Shown here piece by piece: positions 18,462-29,041 of a DNA stretch of 64,000 nucleotides. Where the stretch lies: contig JBMNLI010000017.1 in the NCBI GenBank assembly GCA_050952645.1, positions 70,164 through 134,163 of the forward strand, in the 5' to 3' direction. Origin of the DNA: Bdellovibrionota bacterium. GTDB lineage: Bacteria > Bdellovibrionota_C > UBA2361 > CAKMMH01. Position 1 is the first letter of the stretch, and the number at the start of each line of letters is the position of its first letter. Position numbers and translations under genes: made by a program. A model generated the notes under the pieces. The model ran no database searches and was not told the origin of the DNA. It was given only the letters and a program-made list of their open reading frames with translations.

Positions 18462-21400
18462 TTAAAATATCACTATTAACCCTTTCATAGTAGCCTTTAA
18501 CTGCTCGGCTGTGGCTTCATCGATAAGAGTGCCTCTAATATCTAAAACATCTAAGTTTTTTATTTTGCAAAAATATTGGGCAGCATCATTAGTAATATTA
18601 GTATTTCTTAAAGATAAATTTTCAATAGAAAGCCAAGTTAAATAATAAATTCCCTTATCATCTATCTCAGTATCGTTTAAACTTAATAAGTCTAGACTTC
18701 TTAACTTTATTAAATTTTTTAAACCTCTAGATGTAATATTCGTTCCATCTAACTTTAACTCTAAAAGCTCAGGGAGCATACGTAAATACTTTAACGCATC
18801 ATCACTAATGCTAGTTCCCTTTAAGTCTAACTCCTCTACTTTACTAAACGCATTATCACTAAATACTTCGAGCATATCATCACATATACCTAAATAAGAT
18901 AATAAAAGTACCGTGCCATAACATCTTAAATTTCTCTTAAAATCATTTTTAATATTATTACTAAAATTTTCACTAAGATTACTGCTAAGATTACTGCTAA
19001 GATTATTGCGCTTGCTTTTTATATTTATATTCTTATTTACATCTTCATTTACATCTTCTAAATAATTACTTTGCTCATTAACGCTTTCAACGCTTTCAAA
19101 ACTTTCATCATAATCTTCTTTCTCATCTTCCTTTAAATCTTCTTTATAATATTCTTTATAATATTCTTCATAATCTTCATCGCTGTAATCTTCTTCGTAA
19201 TCTTCGTTATTATCTTCGCTGTAATCTTCTTTATAATCTTCGCTATAATCTTCATCGTAATCTTTAGTGCGAACTTTAGCGTAATCTTTATCTCCATCTA
19301 TTTTGCCGTATAACTTTTCTACATCCTCTTTGCTAAGTGAATAATTTTTTCTACTATACGCTATACATTCTTTTGAAAAATCTCTTTTACTAAACTTAGC
19401 TACATCTAAAGTAGTAGCTGAAAACGGCGCAGACACTTCGCTGTTTATAGACATCTTTACATAAATACTTCTTGGTGCTAGGTTCATAATATCATTTTCA
19501 GAAACTATCGGAGCTAACTCTTTTGCAAGCCTTGAAGCATCATCAGCCCCAGTTCCAAATACGACAATATTTGCTATATTTCCAAAAATCGTATCGACAA
19601 CCTCCACTGGAAGTTGCTTTAAATACTGATTAGCCATCGTTAAATTTAATTTATATTTTCTTGCTTCACTTAAAATCTGATTAACAGACTCAGTCATAAA
19701 AGAATGAAACTCATCTATATAAAAATAAAAATCTCTTCTTCTATGTTCAGGAATATCTGCTCTAGACATAGCCGCATGGTATATTTTAAATACGAGCATA
19801 GAACCTAGCAAAGATACGTTTTCATCGCCTAAAATTCCCTTTGGAAGCTTTAAAAGTAGTATTTTATTATTATCTATAATTTCTCTAAAATTAAATTTAC
19901 TATCTTTTTGTAAAAAAATATTTTCTAAATACTCATTAGAAACGAAACTATCAATCTTTTCTAGTAGTGGCAAAACGGCTTCATTGTAGAATTTATGTTG
20001 CCACTTGTCGAATTCGTTTATAAAAAAATTGCTAGCTGCACTATCTGGCGTCTTTTTAGCTAAAGCTAACCTAAAATCCTTATCCGTTAATAATTTTTTT
20101 ATAGATAAAAGCCCTTCATTTTTCGATGATAATACGGCTAATAATGCACATCTTAAAAGATGTTCAAGATTATCGTTCCAAATAGATGAAAAAATTTTCT
20201 TAAACACTTCTATAAACGATGATACAAATGGCAAACGATTTCCATTTGAAACATCGTAAAAAGGATTAAACACTACTGGATAATCTATATCTGTAGGGTC
20301 GAATATTATAACATCTTTAATTCTATCTCTAGGAATTATAGTAAGTAAATTATCTATTAAATCACCATGAGGGTCTAAAACGCAAAGACCAGCTCCACTC
20401 ATAATATCATTTTTTGCTAAAAGATTTATTAAAGACGATTTGCCATTCCCAGATTTACCTAATATGTAAAGATGCCTCCTCCTATCTTCCTTTCTTATTC
20501 CAAAATTAATTTTTACATCTCGATAGTCGGTAGTGCCAAAATATGCAATATTAGGGTCGTATATATCTATAGGCAAATCTTTCGGAGGCGCTACTTTTAC
20601 CGAAAGAACCGTAGGAATATTAGTTATATTTTCTATACTAGGTATATGCCAAATGGTTGCTAGCTCACTAGTTGAAAATAATGAATATTGCTTATCGATT
20701 ATTCTCTTAAAAAACTTACTTAAATTATCTGCACCATATTTAATAACTCCCATTTTAAACCCATTTAGATCGTGATTATAAGATTTAAACGCATCGGAAA
20801 TAAGCGACATATTATTATACAATCTTCTAACCGACCTTTCTCTAGGAGCTAAGCCTTTAGGAATAAACGCTGCCACTCTTATATTAACTGCACATAAAGA
20901 CGATTTAAAACATTTTTGCTCTGCACTTTTTAAATACTCTTCATGTGGCGTATCGTTAATCCAATACTTAACAGTCGTAAGCATTCTTTTTAATCTATCA
21001 CGCCTAACTTTAGTATTAAATATCCTAGTAAAAAATGAGCCAACCTTAAAAGGCTTGCACACTATTTGTATTAAAGCACTATCTTCTAATGAAAAACTAG
21101 CTAGTTGATTTATTAAATTAGTAAGCGAGTCGGATAAGAACTCTTGATAACACTTTATAGGGAAAATACTATTTCTTTTTAACTTTAAATTTGCACTTAA
21201 AACTTCAAAATTATCTGCATCTATATTCGATAAATAATCGGAAATTTCTCTTATATCACAATACGGACTTGCGGCATATAAAACGCCTTTAATATGATTA
21301 GCTATATTTTCATTACAAGCAAAAGTAAAATATATTATCTGTTTATAACAAAAAATCTCGAATGAAAAAAAATCATTCTTATTTAAAACACTAAAAGTTT

Positions 21401-21506
21401 CTGCTAAAAGCCCATCAAGAAGCTTAGCAGCATTATTTGCACTCTCTGCCACTCCCCCACCGTTTAAATGAGCACTTCTTGGTATATGTATACAAAAGAC
21501 TTTCAT
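18462..21506 (-). CDS. HerA/VirD4(TraD)-type P-loop ATPase fused to an acidic DY(S/E)EDY repeat linker and C-terminal leucine-rich repeats
   Basis: Walker A (ILGKSGNGKSSLINLL) is followed by CVLDPHGDL, the DPxGE motif of the HerA/FtsK/T4CP clade. Walker B is FYFYIDEFHSFM. Acidic repeats lie at 19139-19262. C-terminal leucine-rich repeats include LDLKGTSISDDALKYL, LKLDGTNITSRGLKNL, LSLNDTEIDDKGIYYL, LSLRNTNITNDAAQYF and LDIRGTLIDEATAEQL. Confidence 0.6.
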   Translation of the reverse strand: MKVFCIHIPRSAHLNGGGVAESANNAAKLLDGLLAETFSVLNKNDFFSFEIFCYKQIIYFTFACNENIANHIKGVLYAASPYCDIREISDYLSNIDADNFEVLSANLKLKRNSIFPIKCYQEFLSDSLTNLINQLASFSLEDSALIQIVCKPFKVGSFFTRIFNTKVRRDRLKRMLTTVKYWINDTPHEEYLKSAEQKCFKSSLCAVNIRVAAFIPKGLAPRERSVRRLYNNMSLISDAFKSYNHDLNGFKMGVIKYGADNLSKFFKRIIDKQYSLFSTSELATIWHIPSIENITNIPTVLSVKVAPPKDLPIDIYDPNIAYFGTTDYRDVKINFGIRKEDRRRHLYILGKSGNGKSSLINLLAKNDIMSGAGLCVLDPHGDLIDNLLTIIPRDRIKDVIIFDPTDIDYPVVFNPFYDVSNGNRLPFVSSFIEVFKKIFSSIWNDNLEHLLRCALLAVLSSKNEGLLSIKKLLTDKDFRLALAKKTPDSAASNFFINEFDKWQHKFYNEAVLPLLEKIDSFVSNEYLENIFLQKDSKFNFREIIDNNKILLLKLPKGILGDENVSLLGSMLVFKIYHAAMSRADIPEHRRRDFYFYIDEFHSFMTESVNQILSEARKYKLNLTMANQYLKQLPVEVVDTIFGNIANIVVFGTGADDASRLAKELAPIVSENDIMNLAPRSIYVKMSINSEVSAPFSATTLDVAKFSKRDFSKECIAYSRKNYSLSKEDVEKLYGKIDGDKDYAKVRTKDYDEDYSEDYKEDYSEDNNEDYEEDYSDEDYEEYYKEYYKEDLKEDEKEDYDESFESVESVNEQSNYLEDVNEDVNKNINIKSKRNNLSSNLSSNLSENFSNNIKNDFKRNLRCYGTVLLLSYLGICDDMLEVFSDNAFSKVEELDLKGTSISDDALKYLRMLPELLELKLDGTNITSRGLKNLIKLRSLDLLSLNDTEIDDKGIYYLTWLSIENLSLRNTNITNDAAQYFCKIKNLDVLDIRGTLIDEATAEQLKATMKGLIVIF

Positions 21507-21996
21507 TATATTATTTAATTATTTGATTATATTATCTAATTATATTAGATAATTATATTTATACAGTTATATTGCATAATTATTAAATTAAATTTTTATA
21601 CTCTTTTCTCTATTAAATTTTTTTGTACTAATTTTTTTCTTTACTAATCTTTACTAAAGAGATTTTTATAATAAATTCTCGAAAATTTTATATAAAAATA
21701 ACTTCTTTTTACGAATAATATATAAAAAAAAGTATTATGAATCAGAATATTGATAGAAAAACTTTGATATAACCTTTGAAAACCGAAAAAATGCTTGAAG
21801 ACTTATTTTGATTCAATTGAAATTTAAAATACACAACTAAACGTTAGTTTACATATAAATTAAAAGTTATTCAATAGAGCCACCCCGAAAAATAAAATTT
21901 TTAAAAGAAAATATGACTAAAAATACCTTTAAAAACAAGGGAAGACATCTTTTAAAAGAGCTTAATAAATAACTTATAAAAAAACTTAGAAAAAAC

Positions 21997-24900
21997 TTAG
22001 AAATTATTTTTTTGCAACTCGGAAGCTTTGCCCATATTTTTCATCTTTTCATCTATCAAGCCTTTAAGCTCTAGTGCATTTTTAAAATCCTTATCGAATA
22101 TAAAGATCTTTGATAAAACGTCTAAAGCTTCTTCATATTCCTGCTTTGCATAATAGCATGCGGCTAAGGAGTATAGAAAATTTAAATCTCCTGGGTGCAA
22201 GTCTAAATAATTTTTAAGCACTACCTCTAAATCATCTAACCTAGAAAGCTTATAAGATAAATCTATTACGCCTAAAAGCGCCCTAACGTTTTCAGGATTA
22301 ACCTTTAGAGATTTCATATAGTACTTGTAGGCCATATCAAAATTATTTTCTTCGATATAACATAACCCTAAACCTGAAAGAGCGACATCATACTTATCAT
22401 TTATGCTTAATGATAAATTAAATTTTTCTTTAGCTTCTTCCCACGCACCAGAGGTTGCCATTAAAATTCCTAGGTCAGCTATCGCTCTATAAGATGATGG
22501 ATTTTTATTTATAACTTGCTCTAGAATTTCAAGAGAAGAATTGTTATCTCCCTTTAGCATTAAACATTCTGCTTTTAAAATATTTACGTATTCTCTATGA
22601 TTAGAATTTAGTGAGGTGTTTTGCATTAGCTCATCTAAACCACTTTCTAGCTCTTTAAAATCCCTATTTTTTTTAGCTTCTTCTAAAGATGCAAGCCTAG
22701 CGTCGATAGAGTCAAACATAGGAAAGCTTCCTTCTTTACTTTCTAATATTTCAGTTTTACATTTTGAAGCTTCAGATTTTGAAGTTTCAGATTTTGAAGT
22801 TTCAGATTTTGAAGCTTCACATTGCGTGCTTTTCTCCCTAGCATCTTTTAGCGATTTTGCCGCATCTATCTTTTCTTGCATTTCAGCTACACCATTATAT
22901 AAAGGAGAGATCTCTTTTATCTTATCTAAAGCCTCCTTAGCGTTAAGAAGGTCATCAGACTTATAACAAATTCCCGCATAAGAAAATAGCATATGAACAT
23001 TGCTATCATTATTTGCTAAATAAGTTTCTAAAGCCTTTTTTATATCCTTATACTTATCGGTTAAAAATGAACACTCCATAAGATGCAATAGTGCCACTTC
23101 GTTATAAGGGTCAAGCTTTAGCGATTTAATAAATAGCTCCATCGCTTCATTATAATCTTCACGGCGCATCAAACAGATTCCTAACCCCGATAAAGATTTA
23201 ACATCACTGCCATCTACCATAAGCGCTTTTTCAAAATATTTTTTCGCTTCACTAACATCTTCTTTAGCTAGAGATACTGCACCGATGCTTCTAAAAAGTT
23301 TTAAAGAAGAGCCTACATTTTGCTTAAGTGCAAAGTATATTTCTAAAGCTTCATCATACTTATTATTTTCTGCTAAATTTTGTGCTTTTTTAAATTCTTC
23401 TTCTTGAAGCAAACTAAGCTCGTTATCTATACCACACACTTCATCTGCTTCTTTTGATATTATATTTTCTTTTATAGTATTATTAAAAGTAGTATCATTA
23501 AAAGTAGTATTGTTTAAATTAAAATTACATACTTGATTATAAGCAAAAACCGTTTCCCTAGTGCATCGCTCCCAAGAATAGTTTTTTACTAACTCTTTTA
23601 GCTCGCCTTTAACGGGACTATAATAAGCTGCCATTACAGCATTTTTTATACTATCTAAAGAATACGGGTCGCAATAATATACGGCATCTTTTAAGTAATC
23701 AGATATGCTTCCATTTTTGCCTGTTACAACGTTTGCACCATAAAAAGCGGCTTCTAACGATACTAGCCCTGGTAGTTCATAGAAACTAGCAAGAGCATGA
23801 ACCTTACAAGCAGCATAAGCGTCTGCTAAATCTTGTAAAGGAAGTTTATCTAGAACGATAGTTTCCCCTTTTCTTTTAAAATTTCTAACGGCTTTTGCGT
23901 ATTCTTTTTGGTATGTAAAACCTCCACTAGCTAACACTACTGGTATATCTACATCCTCTAAAGCACTTAGAAGCATTAGCTGATTTTTTCTCGACTCTAA
24001 TCTTCCAACACAAAATATAAAATCTTTAACATTATATTTTTCAAAAAATCTTTCTTTATTTCCCTTTATAGTAGTATTTAAACCAAAATGCGTTTCAAAT
24101 ATTTTTGCTTTTGGAGCATATACTCTTTTTAAATTCTCGGACTCAGAAGAGCCGCTAGTTAATAGTGCATCGGCATTTTCACATAGCCAAGACACATCGA
24201 ACGTTTTCGATGGCGTTATAGATTTAATATCTAATTTTTGATTATTTAAAAACTCTTTGCTCTGCCCATTTTGAACGTATTTCATCATATAATCTGCTAC
24301 CGCAATAGATTGATTATGAAAAGATTGCACATCTTCAAATAGAGTAGTTACTACGAAAGGAACGCCGCTCGATTTAGCCTTTACTCCTGCAAGCGTTGAA
24401 AAAGTAGGTATAGCAAAATTAAAAATATGCACTAGGTCGTAATCTTTAAAATTTGTAGCATCTATATTTTCACAAATACCTACAAAAAAACCCATTTGCT
24501 CTAAATGCTCTTTTAGTTTTTCCATAACTACTGTATCTCCCCCACGCTCTAGAAAAGCATTAGGTCTATTAACAAATAGTATTTTCTTTGTTTTATTATT
24601 ACTCGTATTGTTGTTTATATCTTGATTCATATTTTGGTTCATATTTTGATTCATATTTTGATTCCTCTTGTTTTCTTTAGTCTTTCCTTTAGTTTCTTTT
24701 TTAACTAGCTTGCTAGCCTTACTATCTTCATTTAACTTAGCTATAACATCTTTAATCTTTTTATACGCTACATTAAACGAATTGTTTTTAATAAATAGTT
24801 TGGATTTAGTTTTTAAGTATTCTCTAAGCCTGCTATCCGTTAGTAAAATCTTTGTAGACTCTCCTACTTTCATGCCTAAAGTTATATGCCATACGCAATC

Positions 24901-27021
24901 TTCATACTTATTAAACATTGGTGCTAGAGACGTCATTAAAACTGCACCATTAGAAAGCGCTAAGTTTGCAGCCCCTGAGCTTTCATAATAGGAAGATTGG
25001 TAATTTAACATTACTAAATCTGCACTTTGTATATACTCATTTAATTTTTCATCTGAAATAAACTCACTTATAACTTTTATATTATTTTCTAAATTAAAAT
25101 TTTTAATAATATTTTTTATCTCCCTTAAGTAGCTTTCACTTTTAACATCATCTTTTCTAGTAGAGCCAGCTATTACGCCCTTTACTTTTATGCCTCTATT
25201 TAAACAGTAATGAACTCCTTCAATTACTGCTTCTTGTCCTTTATGAGGTTGCATAAAACCAAAAGTTAATATTAGCTTTTCATCGCCTTTAACTCCTAAA
25301 TCTTTTCTTACCTGTTCTTTTCTTTCCTCGCTAATTTGCTCTATCTCTTTTAAGCCTAAAGGAACTACGAAAATCTTAGAGCTTTCAGTGCCATTTGCGA
25401 TAATTTGAAGCTTATTTTCAGGAGTATGAACAAATATTCCATCTGCTATATCACAAAAACTTTTAAGTGAAAGGTCGAACGTGTTATGAAAATGAATTAT
25501 TATTTTTAAGCCAAACTTTTTTTGCTCATTAAGTAGCTCTATAAGATTAGTTTTTATAAAAACGTGTGGGTGAAAATATATATATAGCGTATCTATATTA
25601 TTATCATTAATTGCTTTTATTAAGCGTGAAAAATCTTCATCGTTTCTATTCCAACATCTAACTACATTTTTATTATCTAAACTTTTATCTGCATCTAGTG
25701 CATCTTCACCTAAAATGGTTATGTTTAAATCCTTAAATTCTTCTAATAGAAATTTTGAATATTTAGCAATACCACAAGGCTGTTCCCACGTTGTAAGAAA
25801 ACCTATCTTATTATTTATTTTATTATTTACTTTATTAGTAGTTTCTAGTTCTTCTTTTCTAGTTTCATCTTCTAGTTTATTTTCTAGTTTATTTTCTAGT
25901 TTATTTTTTATATCATTAAGATTTGGTTCTAGATTTAATTTAAGATTTGCTTGAAGATTTGCTTGCGTGTAAGCTATAAAATCTTTTGCAGTATTATCCC
26001 AATTAAATCTTTTAGGGTAATTTTGAGAAGCGTAATTAGAAAATCTTATTAGCTTTTCTTTATCTGAAAGTAGCTCATCTAACGCATCATAAAGAGCTTC
26101 TACTGAAACTCGTTTTACTATCTTTCCACTTTTCCCATCTTCTACGCATTCTTTTATTCCTCCTACATCAAAGCCTACTACTGGGCAACCGCTCACTTGC
26201 GCCTCTACGGCGGTTAATGGGAAGGAGTCGAATTGTCTAGATGGAATTACGCAAATGCCTGCTTCTTTCATAGCATTAGATACCACTTCTTGTGAAACAG
26301 CGCCATGGAATTTTATAGATGGAACTATTTTCACAATTTCTTTTTTATCGAGAAACTCTTCTTGTCCCCAAAGTTTTGCAGAACCGTAAATATCTAGCGA
26401 TAAGTCTTTATGCTTTGAAACTAAATTAGCATAAGCTTGAATTAGTATATCTACCCCTTTATGTGGAACTAAAGCACCAACAAAAATAAGTTTCTTAAAA
26501 TTTCTCTTATCTATATCTCCTACCGTAAATCTTTCTAAATCTGCTCCGTTGTAAATTACTTTTATTTTTTTCCCGTCGCCTCCCCCGTTTATTATCATCT
26601 GTTTTTGAGCTTTGCTTACACAAATAATTCCATCACATAATCTTGAAAGAATTTCAGGTTTAACACCAAAGGCTGCACTAGATGGGTCGTGGCATATTAA
26701 AAATCTTCCTAAACAATTAGGCTCGTTTTTTGCTAAAAGGATAGGAAATGCTCTAGAAGCCGCTAGCAAAATATATTTTCCGAGAGTTTTTGCTCTTTTC
26801 AAGATTTTTTCTATATCGTAATCTTCACCAAAATCCCAAAACTCTACTCCACCTCTAATGCATTCTTTAGAGTCTGGCAAATAAGCACAAAGCACTACTC
26901 TCGCTCCTTGTTTTGCTAGGGCGCTAGCTAGTTTAAGCGTTGCAACTACAGTGCCGCTATTTTGCCCAACTAAATAAAGTGGGTGGTCGGAATGAAAAAA
27001 TAGGTATGTCATACTATTCAT
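21997..27021 (-). CDS. Giant multidomain glycosyltransferase with three GT4-type (GT-B) modules and a C-terminal TPR array of about 480 aa
   Basis: GT4 C-terminal signatures occur three times (SRQFDSFPLTAVEAQVSGCPVVG, NYQSSYYESSGAANLALSNGAVLM, SFYELPGLVSLEAAFYGANVV). There are multiple TPR units (AxxYxxKAL patterns). In-frame tandem repeats encode NKLENKLENKLE (25868-25906), NQNMNQNMNQNM (24622-24668) and SKSETSKSETSKSEAS (22757-22822). Confidence 0.7.
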   Translation of the reverse strand: MNSMTYLFFHSDHPLYLVGQNSGTVVATLKLASALAKQGARVVLCAYLPDSKECIRGGVEFWDFGEDYDIEKILKRAKTLGKYILLAASRAFPILLAKNEPNCLGRFLICHDPSSAAFGVKPEILSRLCDGIICVSKAQKQMIINGGGDGKKIKVIYNGADLERFTVGDIDKRNFKKLIFVGALVPHKGVDILIQAYANLVSKHKDLSLDIYGSAKLWGQEEFLDKKEIVKIVPSIKFHGAVSQEVVSNAMKEAGICVIPSRQFDSFPLTAVEAQVSGCPVVGFDVGGIKECVEDGKSGKIVKRVSVEALYDALDELLSDKEKLIRFSNYASQNYPKRFNWDNTAKDFIAYTQANLQANLKLNLEPNLNDIKNKLENKLENKLEDETRKEELETTNKVNNKINNKIGFLTTWEQPCGIAKYSKFLLEEFKDLNITILGEDALDADKSLDNKNVVRCWNRNDEDFSRLIKAINDNNIDTLYIYFHPHVFIKTNLIELLNEQKKFGLKIIIHFHNTFDLSLKSFCDIADGIFVHTPENKLQIIANGTESSKIFVVPLGLKEIEQISEERKEQVRKDLGVKGDEKLILTFGFMQPHKGQEAVIEGVHYCLNRGIKVKGVIAGSTRKDDVKSESYLREIKNIIKNFNLENNIKVISEFISDEKLNEYIQSADLVMLNYQSSYYESSGAANLALSNGAVLMTSLAPMFNKYEDCVWHITLGMKVGESTKILLTDSRLREYLKTKSKLFIKNNSFNVAYKKIKDVIAKLNEDSKASKLVKKETKGKTKENKRNQNMNQNMNQNMNQDINNNTSNNKTKKILFVNRPNAFLERGGDTVVMEKLKEHLEQMGFFVGICENIDATNFKDYDLVHIFNFAIPTFSTLAGVKAKSSGVPFVVTTLFEDVQSFHNQSIAVADYMMKYVQNGQSKEFLNNQKLDIKSITPSKTFDVSWLCENADALLTSGSSESENLKRVYAPKAKIFETHFGLNTTIKGNKERFFEKYNVKDFIFCVGRLESRKNQLMLLSALEDVDIPVVLASGGFTYQKEYAKAVRNFKRKGETIVLDKLPLQDLADAYAACKVHALASFYELPGLVSLEAAFYGANVVTGKNGSISDYLKDAVYYCDPYSLDSIKNAVMAAYYSPVKGELKELVKNYSWERCTRETVFAYNQVCNFNLNNTTFNDTTFNNTIKENIISKEADEVCGIDNELSLLQEEEFKKAQNLAENNKYDEALEIYFALKQNVGSSLKLFRSIGAVSLAKEDVSEAKKYFEKALMVDGSDVKSLSGLGICLMRREDYNEAMELFIKSLKLDPYNEVALLHLMECSFLTDKYKDIKKALETYLANNDSNVHMLFSYAGICYKSDDLLNAKEALDKIKEISPLYNGVAEMQEKIDAAKSLKDAREKSTQCEASKSETSKSETSKSEASKCKTEILESKEGSFPMFDSIDARLASLEEAKKNRDFKELESGLDELMQNTSLNSNHREYVNILKAECLMLKGDNNSSLEILEQVINKNPSSYRAIADLGILMATSGAWEEAKEKFNLSLSINDKYDVALSGLGLCYIEENNFDMAYKYYMKSLKVNPENVRALLGVIDLSYKLSRLDDLEVVLKNYLDLHPGDLNFLYSLAACYYAKQEYEEALDVLSKIFIFDKDFKNALELKGLIDEKMKNMGKASELQKNNF

Positions 27022-27437
27022 TTAATAATTTTTTCCAAAAACAAAAATAAAAGCATCTTTGTAATATGATGATAAAAACGCTTATTCGATTTAAGAAAAA
27101 ACTAGTTTTTTTAATGTAAACTTATAGTTTTTTAATAAATTTAAAGATAACTTTAAGATTAAACTTTAAGATTAAGCTTTAAGATTAAGCTTTAACATTA
27201 AGCTTTAAGATTGAAACTAAAAGATAGATATAAAAATTAAAAAAAAATTATATTAAAAAAACACAATAATTTTAATATGTTAAGATGCCACTTAAAGATA
27301 AGCTTTAGTATCTAGAACTTTAATGTCTAGAACTTTAGTATCTAAAAGCATGGGGGGACAAGTCTTAAAAAGGAAGTTAAAAGACGTAAAAATAAATAAA
27401 CTTGAAAATTATTTAAAAAACCTTAAAATCTTAATTT

Positions 27438-28034
27438 ATGGCAAACTATGATAGAAAAGATAGTTATTATTTAAAAGCAAAAGAAGATGGGTATCGCTCA
27501 AGAGCTTCTTATAAGCTACTAGAAATAAACGAGAAATTTAAAATTTTTAAAAAAGACTCCTACGTGTTAGACCTTGGCTCTTGGCCTGGTGGGTGGCTTC
27601 AAGTAGCAAAAAAGCTCTCTCCTAAAGGCTTTATTGCAGGAATTGATTTAGTAGAAATTGAGCCTATTAAAGGGGTTTACACTACTATAGGCGATGCTAG
27701 CGATGATGAAAAAATAAATGAAATTCTAAAAAAAGCTAATGGTCTTTTCGATATCGTTTTATCGGATATGGCAGCAAAACTTACTGGCATTAAAGCTACA
27801 GACGATGTGGCGGCTGCTGGAATTTTAGAACTTGCTCTTTTTGTAATGCAGAAAACTTTAAAACAAAACGGTATTTTCGTAGCAAAAGTTTTTAAGTGTG
27901 GGGAGATTGATACTGTAATTAAGGAAGCTAGAAAGCTTTTTAGAACGATAAAAAGAGTGGAATTAAAATCTTCTAGGAAGACCTCGAATGAATTTTATAT
28001 TATATGTTTTGATTATAAGGCAAATAATATATAA
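27438..28034 (+). CDS. rlmE: 23S rRNA (uridine2552-2'-O)-methyltransferase RlmE/FtsJ
   Basis: SRASYKLLEINEKF, the SAM motif VLDLGSWPGGWLQVA, and the catalytic region with DIVLSDMA are present. Confidence 0.85.
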   Translation: MANYDRKDSYYLKAKEDGYRSRASYKLLEINEKFKIFKKDSYVLDLGSWPGGWLQVAKKLSPKGFIAGIDLVEIEPIKGVYTTIGDASDDEKINEILKKANGLFDIVLSDMAAKLTGIKATDDVAAAGILELALFVMQKTLKQNGIFVAKVFKCGEIDTVIKEARKLFRTIKRVELKSSRKTSNEFYIICFDYKANNI

Positions 28035-28120
28035 TAGATAGATATTGCTTAAAAAAAATTAAAAATTTAAAAAATTAAAAATTTAAAAAATATTGTGATC
28101 ACTTTCAAAAGATAGAAAAA

Positions 28121-28921
28121 ATGTTTTTAAATACTTTTATTAACCGTATAGAAAGACTAGGAAGGGCTACTATTAAACTCCTTGGAAATTTTGGAGCTTC
28201 TTGCATATTTGTTTTTAAAGGTTGGTTTCAAGTTTTCGTTCCACCTTTTAGACCTCATCTTATAATGGTTCAAATATTACAAATCGGAGTAAACTCTACT
28301 CTAGTTATAGCTCTTATCGGTTTTTTTACTGGCGCCGTGCTTGCAGTGCAAGGAGAATACGTTCTTAGCCAGTTTGGTGTTGCGGCTTATACTGGCTCTA
28401 TGGTAGCCTTAAGCTTAATAAGAGAGCTAGGTCCCGTGCTTACTGCGCTTATGGTTATCGGGCGTGCAGGTTCTGCAATGACCGCAGAGCTTGGCATAAT
28501 GAGAATTACGGAACAAATCGATGCTTTAAAATCTATGGCGGTAGACCCTATAAAATATTTAATCTCTCCTAGGTTGCTTGCAGGGATAATATCCGTTCCT
28601 CTATTAACTATTATATTTATAGTCGTAGGAATTTTTGGAGGATACGTAGTTAGCATCGGGATTTTAGGATTAAGCTCTGGAACGTTTATCGCAAGGATGC
28701 AATCTTCCGTTAAAATGGTTGATTTATATTCTGGTTTTATAAAATCTATAGTGTTTGGTTTTATCTTTGGTTGGGTAAGCGCTTACCAAGGGTATACTTG
28801 TGGCTTTGGAGCTGTTGGGGTAAATAAGGCTACTACTAGAGCGGTAGTTACTGCATCGGTAGCAATATTAGTAGTCGATTATTTTCTAGCTAGCATTTTA
28901 ACTAGAGTATTTTTAGGATAG
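28121..28921 (+). CDS. mlaE: Mla phospholipid ABC transporter permease
   Basis: The MlaE/Ttg2B family membrane topology and the conserved GxxxxxxELGxMxxTEQIDAL motif are present. Confidence 0.85.
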   Translation: MFLNTFINRIERLGRATIKLLGNFGASCIFVFKGWFQVFVPPFRPHLIMVQILQIGVNSTLVIALIGFFTGAVLAVQGEYVLSQFGVAAYTGSMVALSLIRELGPVLTALMVIGRAGSAMTAELGIMRITEQIDALKSMAVDPIKYLISPRLLAGIISVPLLTIIFIVVGIFGGYVVSIGILGLSSGTFIARMQSSVKMVDLYSGFIKSIVFGFIFGWVSAYQGYTCGFGAVGVNKATTRAVVTASVAILVVDYFLASILTRVFLG

Positions 28922-29041
28922 TTAATTTAAGTTTATATTTTTATAAGTTTGTATTAAATAATTTACAAAACAAAAAATAAAAAAACAAAGATTAAAAGAA
29001 AAAGATAAAAACAAAGATAAAAAAAGGCAGAGTAAGTTAAG

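Noticed and set aside
16302-21506. UvrD-like helicase next to a P-loop ATPase as a Gabija-like (GajA/GajB) defence pair
   Set aside because: The genes are convergent rather than co-oriented. The ATPase is HerA/VirD4-type, not an OLD-family ABC ATPase with TOPRIM. The helicase has HelD housekeeping hallmarks.
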